Below, piece by piece: positions 1-10,271 of a DNA stretch of 64,000 bases. Within the stretch, counting starts at the first letter, position 1. The number at the start of each line of letters is the position of its first letter. Under the pieces are notes generated by a model. The model was not told the origin of the DNA. It worked only from the letters and a program-made list of their open reading frames with translations, and searched no databases. Made by a program: the position numbers and the translations under genes. Source of the DNA: Limisphaerales bacterium (GTDB taxonomy: Bacteria; Verrucomicrobiota; Verrucomicrobiia; Limisphaerales; JAJOIW01); contig CBFHOE010000003.1 of NCBI GenBank assembly GCA_965657355.1, positions 309,520-373,519 on the forward strand, read 5' to 3'.

Positions 1-386
1 TGATCGAAACAATCAGTTTCCTGATCGATAATGACTATGAGGTGGTCGTTATGGAGCAGGTGCCCCAATTTACAGATCTTCTTATGCCTGAACTGAAAGA
101 ATGGTATATCAAATTTGATACCCATTCATTCAGCTGGAAAGCAAAAGAAAATTATTCCATGTCTGAGAAAGAGCTTAACGGGCGATTTCAAAAGCAAAAT
201 GAGATTTTTACGAAACTCAAAGCCCAATTTCCGACGGTGAAATTTCTTGACCCTCTAAAATTATTCCTCACCGAAAATGAGTTCAAACTCAAAGATGAAG
301 GGGGATACTTTTACTGGGACGATGACCACCTCACTGAATATGGTTCCTCAAAACTGCGCCCTTTCTTTAGATACCTAATGGATTAA
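1..386 (+). CDS. C-terminal SGNH domain of an O-acyltransferase (OafA/YrhL-like), 5'-truncated by the window edge
   Basis: The frame is open from the window start and ends with 'FLDPLKLF...YWDDDHLTEYGS', the DxxH catalytic motif of AT3-fused SGNH domains. Confidence 0.65.
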   Translation, partial: IETISFLIDNDYEVVVMEQVPQFTDLLMPELKEWYIKFDTHSFSWKAKENYSMSEKELNGRFQKQNEIFTKLKAQFPTVKFLDPLKLFLTENEFKLKDEGGYFYWDDDHLTEYGSSKLRPFFRYLMD

Positions 387-792
387 GAATGGACCGGCCT
401 TTGACTTTCAGCTTGAGCGGCTGCTGGATCAATAACCAAACCTTTGATTCGTTGGCCCAGCAAAGCGGGGAATCCAATCCAACCCGAGGAATTCTCCTCC
501 AACTACTCGAGAGCTGAAACTGTGTTTTCGTTTATTTAGGTTATCCAGAGTCCCGTTTCACGCATCGCCGAGATTTTGCAATGTCTTCTCCTTCCGGTTT
601 GAATCATTGTGGGTCCAACATATGGGATAACCCTTTAATGGAATCTTCCTTTGCGAATGTATCAGCCGTCGATAGAGTCATTGCAACGGGTGATACGATA
701 GTTATCGCAGGAGCTACCCATATTAATCTATAGGGCTCTTTTTATACATGCCCCTACCCCTGATTGCGGTAAGTCGAGCTCTATGCTTTCAT

Positions 793-1854
793 TTAATTTT
801 TCGCGAAGCTGATCTCGGTGAATGGTATAATATGTTCGATACGTTGATTTCCTCGAATATCCCAGACTTCAGACATTAAATAAGGTTTGTTGTCGGAGAA
901 ATTGATGGTTATAAGCCCAAAATGGTTGTCCATAATCGGGCCTTCAATTCGATTTTTATTTGGTGTCGCAAATTTCCATGTCGATGACAAACCACTTGCT
1001 GTCATGTCATACAATGGGTAACAGCCCTTACTTTCCAATTTGGATATTTCTGCGTAGTGGACATCGCCGCTCAGAAAAACAACATGATTGGCTTGAGTCT
1101 TTTTTATGAGGTCAATCATTCGTTTTTGTTCATGTGGGAAATTTGCCCATGCTTCGTAACCATTGTACTCGATGCCAAATTGAGTGCCTGAAGCAATGAT
1201 TCTAAAGTCTGCTGGTTTAAGCAGTTCGCGCTCGAGCCAGCTCCATTGTTTTTCCCCGAGAAGTGTCATTGAGGTGTCCGTGTGTGGGGAATAATCTAAG
1301 TGATAGAAAAAGCGCCGGTCTTTATTTTTTTGATCTCCAGGTAAAAGGTTGTCCCGGAAGGTGCGCCCATCTAATAAGATGATTTGTATGGTATTCCCGG
1401 CGACCTCACGAAAAACTGAGTGGTAGATCCCTTCATGCTTATATCTTTCTGAATCCTCAGGTTCTTCAAAAAATTCCAGAAAAATTTCTTTGGAGGCTTC
1501 TTTTTTTGGGTAGTATTTCCCTGCATCATTTTGACCATAATCGTGATCATCCCAGGTCGCTAAAATTTCAGTGTTTTCTTTGAGGTTTTTATACGAGTCT
1601 TTACTGCCCAGTAGTTGATATTTTTTCCGAAGGATATTCATGTCATTGGTGTCGCCATAGATATTATCACCAAGAAAAATAAACGCGTCCGGTTTATGGT
1701 TCACAACATGATTAAGAATTGGTAGTGGGTGATTCTGGCTTCCACACGATCCAAAGGCGATCTTAAAAATATGATTTGATGATGATTCATCACCTTCGAT
1801 TACCCAAGGGCTAAAAAGGAGACAAAACGCCAAAATTTGTGCAGGGTATTTCAT
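793..1854 (-). CDS. phoD: PhoD-family alkaline phosphatase/phosphodiesterase
   Basis: Signal peptide and motifs FGSC, GDNIYGD, WDDHDYG, LDGRTFRD and SGDVH. Confidence 0.9.
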   Translation of the reverse strand: MKYPAQILAFCLLFSPWVIEGDESSSNHIFKIAFGSCGSQNHPLPILNHVVNHKPDAFIFLGDNIYGDTNDMNILRKKYQLLGSKDSYKNLKENTEILATWDDHDYGQNDAGKYYPKKEASKEIFLEFFEEPEDSERYKHEGIYHSVFREVAGNTIQIILLDGRTFRDNLLPGDQKNKDRRFFYHLDYSPHTDTSMTLLGEKQWSWLERELLKPADFRIIASGTQFGIEYNGYEAWANFPHEQKRMIDLIKKTQANHVVFLSGDVHYAEISKLESKGCYPLYDMTASGLSSTWKFATPNKNRIEGPIMDNHFGLITINFSDNKPYLMSEVWDIRGNQRIEHIIPFTEISFAKN

Positions 1855-2027
1855 AGGATTTAAGATTACCCAGGTTTCGCCTCAAATGCCAACCACTTCT
1901 AAAAATATAGTCCGGCGCGAAAGAGCTTTTATTTTTTGTGAAGAAGTCTAATAGGACAAGGTAGTATTACCAACGGGTAACGTTCCTGAAAACTTTCGAC
2001 AGTGAGGAAGAATAATGACCAGATCTA

Positions 2028-2660
2028 AATGAAGAAGATCGTTTTAAAAACCAAACCATATCACACACAAAAACCTGGCTCATAATACGATAAAATTCCC
2101 GAAGTTCTCTCATTTATTTGCTTGATCCTTGAAATCTGGACACAGTCAAAACGACACTGGATGAAAAACTTGCCCTTTGCTACCAGATCATAATGTTATC
2201 AGCTAGGCGTGGATTACTTAATGCGCGCGGAATACGAACTGGTTACACCCACTGGCTTGGTTCGGAGCTATCTAGGGAAGTTCGCTTCTTTATAGGTTTC
2301 GTTAGTAAGGAGGCAATCAATAATAATAGCAATGTCGGACTGGTGCTAAAGCACTTTCTAAGAATTCAAACAGAGTTGACTAAACTGATCAGAAGGCATT
2401 TGTCTGAAGGAGAAAACGAGAAAGAATTCGTTGAGGAGGTAAAACGGCTGGAGTAAGTTCACAACGTGACAAAAGAGGAAGATACGAAACTCCGCAGAGA
2501 ATAATTCAAAGGTGACTATGAGCTTGCTGGTATTGAGCTTGTGTATTGGAGCAACATTTCTCTATAAAGTCGGGTTTTCCTAAAAAAGAAACTTCAAGGC
2601 AATGTAGCAGATTTTCATGAATACAATACTTGGAATTGATTTAAAGCAGAACTCTATTAA
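2028..2660 (+). pseudogene. Possible decayed gene of unknown function (contains the 87-aa ORF 2193-2456)
   Basis: A protein-like reading frame continues upstream and downstream of the 87-aa ORF through several scattered stop codons. No family recognised. Confidence 0.25.
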
Positions 2661-2932
2661 TCGCGACTAGTTTGCCTACCTGCAGCTGTTCTTTTGGCTA
2701 TCCAAAAAGTCGCTAGGTCGGACTGGCTTCTTTAGTCTCATTGATTTCAGTAGAATTTATTACGTCCTCAAAAAATACACAATAGATCAGCTACATTGAG
2801 CGGGTAACAGATGAAAGTGAGAACCCGAAGGTCAATTCCTTCCCAGGATGCCACCTCGGCAAGCCTATTGATCGCTTAGGCATTAGGAGGTTTCACTCAA
2901 ATAATACCCACCCTATCATAATTATTTCTTTG

Positions 2933-2989
2933 TCCGAACGTCAAAAGACAGGCACGCCGTTAGGCGCTGCCCGCTCTGCCTTGTTCGGC
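2933..2989 (-). mobile_element. attC (59-base-element-like) integron recombination site
   Basis: 57-bp imperfect palindrome. On the minus strand R''=GCCGAAC (2989-2983) and R'=GTTCGGA (2939-2933). It has 5/6-nt unpaired spacers, paired L boxes, two extrahelical C bases (2974, 2967) and a GTTA loop. Confidence 0.75.
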
Positions 2990-4280
2990 ATTCTTCTTTT
3001 TATTCTTATGGGTGCTCAAGGGTGCCGTTTGAGCTGTCCTTTTGTAATCTTTCCATGCTTCCATTTGAGGCAGCAAGTTTGGCAATCGTGGTTCCAACGG
3101 ATAAAGGCGGTGGAAAACACCGGTGGACGAGCCGGAGATGGGCGGCACGATCCATGACCATTCGGCCTGTACTTCGTGGCCTTGAGATCGCTCGCTCTCA
3201 CAGTGGGCGAGGAATTCGCGTGAAGCTTGGTGGTGGTCCACCATGCGCACACCTTCACGGGCGAAGGAATGCAATACGGCTTCGTTGAGCACGAGCAGGG
3301 CACGGTCCTTCCACAGGTTTCTGCCAAGCTGCAATCCGAGCCGCTCTGCCACTTCTGGAAGGAGGTTGTAGCGGTCGGCATCGCCGAGGTTGCGGGCACC
3401 GATCTCAGTTCCCATGTACCAACCGTTGAAGGGGGCGCAGGGAAAGACATCGTCTAGCGTGACCAGCATCATGTCTGTGATCGCCGGCACGGCGTGCCAT
3501 CGCAACCCGAGTTTCGCGAACCAGGGATATTCAGGGTGTTCAAGTTCGACCTCCAATACCACCTCGCGCGGCAATTCTCGGACGACAACCCGTCCGTCCA
3601 CCTCGATGACCAAAGGCAGCAAATCGAAGCGTCCGGGGTCAACCGGTGGCGACCAGCCGAGTGAGCGGACCCGCTCGGTGAAGGCCACGTTCATGGGGTC
3701 GCCTAACACCGAGCCGTCCGGGCGGCGGTATCCGGCGTAGCGGATCAGCTGGTGGTTCCATATCCGAATGCTCGGATGCCCTTCCCGCCACTTGGCGAAA
3801 ACCGTTTGCGTTGGAATGATGCGGCCACCGTTGGTGGCTACGCGCAGGTGTTCGACACAGGCCTCGAATACTTCGTCGGCATTATCCAGCGAGCGGGCGT
3901 CGACGACCTGCAGCGACCGCCAGTGCAGACGTCCGATGCAACGCACTGATTCGCGCCAGGCTAGGCGTGCGGCATCGGCCAGCTTCATCCCGCCGGAGCC
4001 GTCCGACATGCTTTGAACTAGCTTCCAAGCCTCGTCAGCCCGCCAGCGACGCGCATGATCGAAAACACCGGCGGCGTAAGGGCACTCACCGCCAGATGTC
4101 GCTGCGCCGGTCGGGTCTTTATCGGAGATCGGATCCATGAACCTTCAGGGATAGACCGGCAATAAGCGATGTAATGTACTGGTAGGAGATTGCTTTGAAT
4201 CCTGCGGCCATCGCTTCACCAGAGGCCAGAGGTTGAAAAGTGTTCTGACTTAGTTTCCATCGGGCTGTTTCTTCGCCGAA
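2939..4280 (-). mobile_element. Putative integron gene cassette carrying nos
   Basis: Bounded by G|TTCGGC (4281-4275) and the attC G|TT at 2939. The boundaries coincide with a sharp rise in GC content. Confidence 0.7.
2960..4138 (-). CDS. nos: Nitric oxide synthase oxygenase (bacterial NOSoxy, no reductase domain)
   Basis: Heme-thiolate motif AWRESVRCIGRLHW, WNHQLIRYAGY, substrate-binding FNGWYMGTEIGARN, VDHH and pterin-site WSWIVPP. Confidence 0.95.
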   Translation of the reverse strand: MDPISDKDPTGAATSGGECPYAAGVFDHARRWRADEAWKLVQSMSDGSGGMKLADAARLAWRESVRCIGRLHWRSLQVVDARSLDNADEVFEACVEHLRVATNGGRIIPTQTVFAKWREGHPSIRIWNHQLIRYAGYRRPDGSVLGDPMNVAFTERVRSLGWSPPVDPGRFDLLPLVIEVDGRVVVRELPREVVLEVELEHPEYPWFAKLGLRWHAVPAITDMMLVTLDDVFPCAPFNGWYMGTEIGARNLGDADRYNLLPEVAERLGLQLGRNLWKDRALLVLNEAVLHSFAREGVRMVDHHQASREFLAHCESERSQGHEVQAEWSWIVPPISGSSTGVFHRLYPLEPRLPNLLPQMEAWKDYKRTAQTAPLSTHKNKKKNAEQGRAGSA

Positions 4281-4489
4281 CGGTTTTATTATGCCGATAG
4301 CGATAATTTTGGGAATCGCTGGCGATTTTCCGTTTTCCATGTGGTAAATTATCCAAAAAAAGGTAAAGAAGCAAATTGAGACCATTTTGGTTGGGTTTAA
4401 TTTTAATAAAAAATTATCGTTATCGTTCATGAATCATAATTTTTGTTATTGGTTGCACTTGCTCGGAGATTAGGAGGAACTTAAGCCAT

Positions 4490-5047
4490 TTAAATCTTAA
4501 CTATCTCAGCCACCTTCCTGGAGTTTGAATTCAGCAAATGGACATAAGTTCTCATAGCCAGTGTGACGCAATTCTCGTGACCAAGCCAACGTGATGCGGT
4601 TTTGATATCAACACGGCTCTCAATGCAACGTGTGGCGAACAAATGCCTGAAATCATGCAGCGTGAGACTCTTTCGCCCCATATCTTTAAAGGCCAATTAT
4701 ATTACCTTATTGAAGGTGACAATTGGTATTATTGCATCCTCCTCCCCAATGGGGAATCAACGATCTGAAAGTTCTGTTCGCAGTTGCTTGTAAATTTCTT
4801 CAACCCCACCAATGAATAGGACGTGCCTTTCTTGTATTTCGTGCTCACGCCCTTTGGCCGTTTTGATATAGGTCTCGCGATTATCACAATCGATATCGCC
4901 CCAAGTGATCGCTTTCGGTTCCAACAATCGTGTTCCAGTTCGGGAAACAATTTCCAATGCCCAAATACCAATCCAAATAATGAGGCTTTGGATAGCATTG
5001 ACTCTGCCGATGGAGTAGGACTCAAAAAGTTCAGCCAAGTATGCCAC
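4490..5047 (-). pseudogene. Tyrosine recombinase/phage-type integrase remnant (fragmented)
   Basis: Box I-like 'TGTRLLEPKAITWGDID...KTAKG' (ORF 4757-5047) and Box II 'HDFRHLFATRCIES..D..TASRWLGH...Y' (ORF 4490-4696) lie in separate short ORFs. The N-terminus is missing. Confidence 0.8.
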
Positions 5048-5070
5048 ATACTCCCGTTTAGTGATGTCCT

Positions 5071-5586
5071 CGACCTCGACCTGAGATAGCGATATATGAA
5101 ATTGAGCTTCAGAAATTAGGGATCATAACGGAGCTTTTTCAAAACCAAATCTTACCGGAGTTTGATTTATCAATTGCTGGAAACCAAAGTGTAGGAGGAT
5201 CTCTTTTTAAAGACACAGGTGAATTTGAACTCAAACTAGGCCTGGAATTTAGTTTGCCTCTGCAAAGAAATAAGACCAAAGGCGCCATTGCATCCAATGC
5301 TGCAAAAGTTAATATGGAATTAGCTTCCGAAAATAGTGATTTGGCCATCGCTTTGAGAGAAATTGAATACGATAGATTTAGAATTGGTGCCACTAATTTA
5401 TTATCTCCTCAGATTCGAGAGCAAACTTCTCTCAAAGCCAGGCAAGAATGGATTAAGTCACAATACGATTACTATTTGGCTCTTGTGGACTTAATCATTG
5501 CTAGTGCAGTAAATTTCAGGCAATACAAGGATTCACAGAAGGGGGTTTTCGACATAGCTTCCCAATGGGATAATATAGCCAATTGA
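5071..5586 (+). pseudogene. TolC/outer-membrane efflux protein C-terminal remnant
   Basis: The frame is open from ~5065 with no start codon: 'RPEIAIYEIELQK...QNQILPEFDL...LGLEFSLPLQRNK...EYDRFRIGATNLL...REQ...YYLALVDL', which resembles an OEP repeat. It is 5'-truncated at the integrase remnant. Confidence 0.6.
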
Positions 5587-5872
5587 GTTTTTACTTCCCA
5601 AGACTCTGCTCATTTCATGTCAGCCAAGAGCCCTGTCTTTTGTTCGAAGAGAACGGTTAAATTGTTTTCCTTGTTTCTTGCATCGCAGGTAGTAAATTTA
5701 ACTCTCGTCATGGCGGTAAAGATTCTCACCAACACGGCTAAAGAGTGGTTTCTTCTCAGATGAGCTAGGCCTGCTGAGTGTTGTTTTGGGACTACCCATT
5801 ATCCCATCATAGGGATGCAACTCTGGAATTGTGTGAGTGTGAGAAATTGAAATTGCCAACAGCCCGTAGGCT

Positions 5873-5948
5873 GTCCCTGTAGTTCAAATGGATAGAACGA
5901 CGCTCTCCTAAAGCGAAGATCTGGGTTCAATTCCCGGCGGGGGCACCA
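5873..5948 (+). tRNA. tRNA-Arg (anticodon CCT)
   Basis: Acceptor stem GTCCCTG/CGGGGGC, D-arm TAGTTCAAATGGATAGAAC, anticodon loop CT-CCT-AA, T-arm GGTTCAATTCC and encoded CCA; 76 nt. Confidence 0.95.
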
Positions 5949-5998
5949 TCTCTTCTTTCTTGCCCGTTGCTTTAATGGGATTTAAATTTTCTTATCTC

Positions 5999-8900
5999 AT
6001 GTGTAAGCAACGAAAAAAAAGTGGCAAAAATCATCAAAATAAGCGTAAGGCAACGTGCGGCTTGGTTTGTTTGATTACTTTTCTATTTCTTGCCTGCACC
6101 CCTGAAAGCCAAGATGGAGTCGAAAAATCTGGAGGAGAGAAAATTGAGTCAGCCGTTGCTGTGGATGCTCAGGACCTAATCGATGAGATAGTGACTGCCC
6201 CTGGCCTTGGTAACGAGAATATCACTTATGTCGCTCCTCTTGCTGATGCATACAGCCGAATCGATCCCACGCGAGACGGGTGGGAAAGTGAGGCTTTCAG
6301 CGAAGCCGCCTCCAAGCAATTGAAAAATCTGGCAAAGGATCTGACAAATCCAAAAAAGGTCAAAACAGGACAATTTTACAATATTTTTGGATCTAGCCCA
6401 TCTCTCAAGGTTCTACCTGAAGATGTAAAACCATTTTATTCCGACGATGTTTTCCAAATCAATCGTGGCGATCTTGAGCAGCTGAAGGAATTCAATGATC
6501 CAAAGCAGGCCATCAAGGCTCTGATGGCACCAATATTGCAGTCTGAAATCATTCAGACAGGAGTTAAACTTTATAAAATTGAGCCGCGGACTGAGGGCGT
6601 CTTCACGCGTGTGATATTCCATGCGACTGGGGAGTCAGAATCTGGTCGCATGCAAATTAACACAGAGTTTGATTGCTTGTGGGAGCCTAACGTCAAAAAG
6701 CCAATGCTCGAAAAAATGACATTGTCGTCCTATGAAGAGGCCATTCGAAAGAGTAAAGATGGGGATCCTTTGTTCTCTGATGTTACCGAAGCTGTTTTTG
6801 ATGGAAATGATGTTTATATAAAGCACTTGATGCGAAGTACGGACCATTGGAGATCCAGAATACCCAGAATATATGGATTGGACGTTGTGGCCAATCACGG
6901 CATAGCACTCGGAGATGTCAATGGTGATGGATTGGATGACCTCTACCTTTGTCAACAAGGTGGCTTGCCTAACCGATTATTTATTCAAAAACCAGATGGG
7001 GCGCTGGCAGATTTTACTGAAGAAAGTGAAACAGGCTGGTTGGATTATTGCTCCAGTTCTCTCATCATAGACGTCGATAATGATGGGCATAGAGATCTGG
7101 TTATCGCTCAGGATTTTAATCTCATTTTTATGCGGAACAATGGAGAGGCCAAGTTTGAGCAAATTTTAAGAATTCCAGCCCATGCCCAAACTTTCTCTAT
7201 AACTGCCGCTGACTATGATGAGGACGGGGATCTAGATATTTTTGCTTGTGGATATAACCCATCAGGAGATCGGATACGTACGGGGGCACTTGGAGAACCC
7301 ATGCCTTATCATGATGCACAAAACGGGGGTAGAAACATTTTTCTCGAAAACCAAGGGGATTGGGCATTTGTCGAGAAAACGTCCGAAGTCGGTTTCGATC
7401 AAAATAATAATAGATTTAGTTTTGCGGCGACATGGGTTGATTTTGACAATGACAATGATCTAGATCTTTATGTTGCCAATGACTACGGCCGAAATAATCT
7501 TTACAGAAATATTGGAGGTAAATTTCAGGACGCAGCCGCTGAGTTGGGTGTCGAAGATATGTCCGCAGGAATGTCAACCAATTGGGCTGATTTTAATCGT
7601 GACGGTGCCTTAGACCTTTATGTAAGTAATATGTTTTCGGCAGCGGGAAACAGAATTACTTTCCAGCGTCAATTTAAGCCGGGTACCTCCACTTCTCTAA
7701 AGGCACAATACCAGCGCCATGCAAGGGGGAACAGTCTCTTTCAGGGAAGTCCAGACGGAGGCCCGTTTCTGGATATTAGTGAATCCCAGGGAGTTGCCAT
7801 AGGAAGATGGGCCTGGGGTTCCAGATTCACCGACATCAATGGCGATGGATGGGAAGACATTGTCGTCGCCAATGGTTTCATATCCACCGAAGACACAGGT
7901 GATTTGTGAAGTGTCTATTGGCGGCAGGTCGTGTCGCAATCACCAGTTGGAAAAATTACCCCAGAAAATACTTTGAAATATCGACAAGGCTGGATGGCCC
8001 TTAACCGATTGCTTCATGAGGACCGTTCATTCAGTGGCAATGAAAGAAATTGTGCTTTTTTAAATTGCGGGGGAGGAAGTTTTGCTGACGTCTCGTCGGT
8101 TACTGGATTTGACTTTACAGACGATGCCAGGAGTTTGGTTGTTTCCGATTGGGATTTTGACGGAGACCTTGATATATGGACCACAGCAAGGACGGCCCCT
8201 CGACTGCGGCTTCTTCTAAACGACTCTAAATCAAACTCGGATTGGATTTCTATCAAGTTAGTTGGAGATAGAAAAAAGATAAATCTGGATGCCATTGGAG
8301 CGAGAGCCGAGCTCTATATTTCCGGGCAACTTATCCCATTCATCAAAACAGTTCATGCAGGTGATGCCTTCTTATCTCAAAATTCAAGCTGGCTACATTT
8401 TGCATTTCCCGAAGGATCCCAAGTTGAAAAATTGGTTGTGCGCTGGCCGGGAGGAATTTTAGAAACCTTTGACACGGGGCTGACGCAAGGAAATAAGTAT
8501 TTGGTTTCTCCAGGTGGGCGACCTTTGGAATGGAAACCTCCAATAAACCGCAAGTCTTTAATTCCATCCCAACCCAAATTAGCTAAACCCGATCCTACAG
8601 CTCGCATTGTTGTTTCTGGGCGCATGCCATTGCCTCCAATATACGTTGTGGAGAATGGAACGGAATCTGAATACCCAGTAACTCAACTTAAAGGGCCTCT
8701 TCTCATTAATCTATGGGCCAGCTGGTGCGCTCCATGCAGGGTAGAACTCAAATCATGGGTGGGGCATTCAGAGGATTTTGAACAGGCTGGCTTACGATTA
8801 CTGGCTCTCAACTCAGAAATAGCTTCTAAATCTGCAGCTGATAAGTTTTTAAAATCAATAAATTTTGGTTTTGAATCTCGTGATACCTCACCAAAAACGG

Positions 8901-9877
8901 TTCGCAACCTCGATTTATTTCAAAGATCGATGCTGGATAGATGGACGGACCTGCCTGTTCCGAGTAGTTTCCTCTTAGACAAGTCGGGAAGGGTTGCCGT
9001 CATATACAAAGGCCCAGTTGAAGCAAAACAGATCCTTTCGGATTTGGAGCTTTTGGGAATGTCTCCAACTGAAGTCAGGGATGCTTCAGTCCCATTTGCT
9101 GGTCGATGGAGTTTTCCTCCCGCGAGCGGTAATCCGCTTTTAGTCAATTCGCAATTTGTCTCTGCAAATGAATACAACGAAGGCGTTGTTTATCTAAAAC
9201 GATATGCCACGTTAGCTCAGGATACTGGTCAACTTTCTCAAAAGGGACTCGGAGATGTCCATTATGTGATAGGCGTTATCGAAAGGAATAATGGAAATTT
9301 GCAAGGAGCCGAGGAGACCCTAGTTAAAGCGCAGCAATTTTCGCCAGATGATTTTCGTATACAGCGTGATTTGGCAGAGCTCTTTATCGAAACTCGGCAA
9401 TTCGGAAATGCCTCTGAGCAAGTTTCCAAAATGATGTCTCATGCACCCCAGAACACAGAAGCTAAAAGACTCCAGGGACAAGTCTTAATGGGAAAAGCTA
9501 ATCAGCTGAACGAGGCAGGCGAAGCAGCAAAAGCAATCCCACTATACCGGTCTGCTCTGCGTGCAAATAACAAGCTTTTGTCTGCCGCAAATAATCTTTC
9601 TCTTATTCTCTCTACATCTGCTGACCCAGATTTGCGAAACCCTGAAGAAGCTAAAGCTCTTGGTCAAGTCCTTTGCCGATTAACTAAAAACAAAAATCCT
9701 GAGTATTTGGAGACATATGCTTTTGCTCACGCCAGCGCTGGAGATTTTCAGAGCGCGTTGAAATTCTCAAAGGCGGCTCGCAAATTATACGAGGCTGCCA
9801 ATAATCAATCCAAGGTCTCCGAGATAGATGCACGCATTAGAGATTATGAGGAGACTAAATCTCAGCCAAAGCCGTGA
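5999..9877 (+). CDS. FG-GAP/CRTAC1 repeat + ASPIC/UnbV + TlpA-like thioredoxin + TPR lipoprotein; single in-frame TGA at 7907-7909 (candidate selenocysteine)
   Basis: ORFs 5960-7909 and 7931-9877 share a frame and are separated only by TGA plus SVYWRQV. The product has lipobox LAC, many DxDxDGxxD repeats, 'NLDAIGAR...VRWPGG', a WASWCAPC redoxin motif and TPR helices. Confidence 0.8.
7917..7940 (+). promoter_or_regulatory. Putative bacterial SECIS hairpin
   Basis: ATTGGCGGCA-GGTCG-TGTCGCAAT forms a 9-bp stem with a bulged G. The loop begins 17 nt after the in-frame TGA, and the apical GCAGGTC matches the E. coli fdhF SECIS apex. Confidence 0.65.
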
Positions 9878-9929
9878 TTTTCAAGTTGGTGTTTTTATTT
9901 GGCTTCCTTTCATTTAAAAAATCGGATTT

Positions 9930-10271
9930 ATGGAAGAACAAAAATTGAATTCTTTCCGTTCGCAATTGCTCAGGCTGAAGACCGAGCTTGAGAATCTGAG
10001 TCAATCCTCTAGCGAGCAAGCGAAGCCGGTTACTCTCGACCAGACAAGTGTTGGCCGGCTCTCCAGGATGGATTCTATCCAAGGGCAGCAAATGGCCATA
10101 GAGCTGAAAAGAAGGCGCCAATCTCAATTAGCCAAAATTAAAGCAGCACTCAAAAGAATTGATGACGGAAAATATGGCTTTTGTTTAGGCTGCAAAAATC
10201 AAATTAATAGACACCGTCTCGAATTCGATCCGACGCACACCCTTTGCGTAGATTGCGCAGAAAAAATCTGA
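9930..10271 (+). CDS. TraR/DksA C4-type zinc-finger transcription factor
   Basis: Coiled coil 'VTLDQTSVGRLSRMD', then 'ALKRIDDGKYGFCLGC...RL...P...LCVDC'. Confidence 0.9.
   Translation: MEEQKLNSFRSQLLRLKTELENLSQSSSEQAKPVTLDQTSVGRLSRMDSIQGQQMAIELKRRRQSQLAKIKAALKRIDDGKYGFCLGCKNQINRHRLEFDPTHTLCVDCAEKI

Noticed and set aside
2233..2266. CGAAC...GTTCGGA inverted pair matching the core expected for the next cassette's attC
   Set aside because: Only 34 bp with no L-box stem, too short for an attC. It may be chance or a deleted relic.
2820..2856. AACCCGAAGGTC...GCCACC, resembling a tRNA 3' fragment (att scar)
   Set aside because: Short match with no intact T-arm, and it does not match the tRNA-Arg in the window.
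2930..4016. Multiple overlapping short ORFs on both strands within nos
   Set aside because: Shadow ORFs expected in GC-rich coding DNA; no motifs.
4119..4430. 103-aa ORF upstream of nos
   Set aside because: Spans the cassette junction and compositional boundary and has no recognisable motif; probably spurious.
4490..5047. Recombinase remnant as the cognate integron integrase
   Set aside because: Co-oriented with the cassette, has phage-type Box II residues and shows no visible IntI-specific insertion.
7907..7909. TGA as evidence for a genome-wide alternative genetic code
   Set aside because: Many other genes end at TGA at their expected C-termini (for example 10271, 24152, 37089), so any recoding is site-specific.
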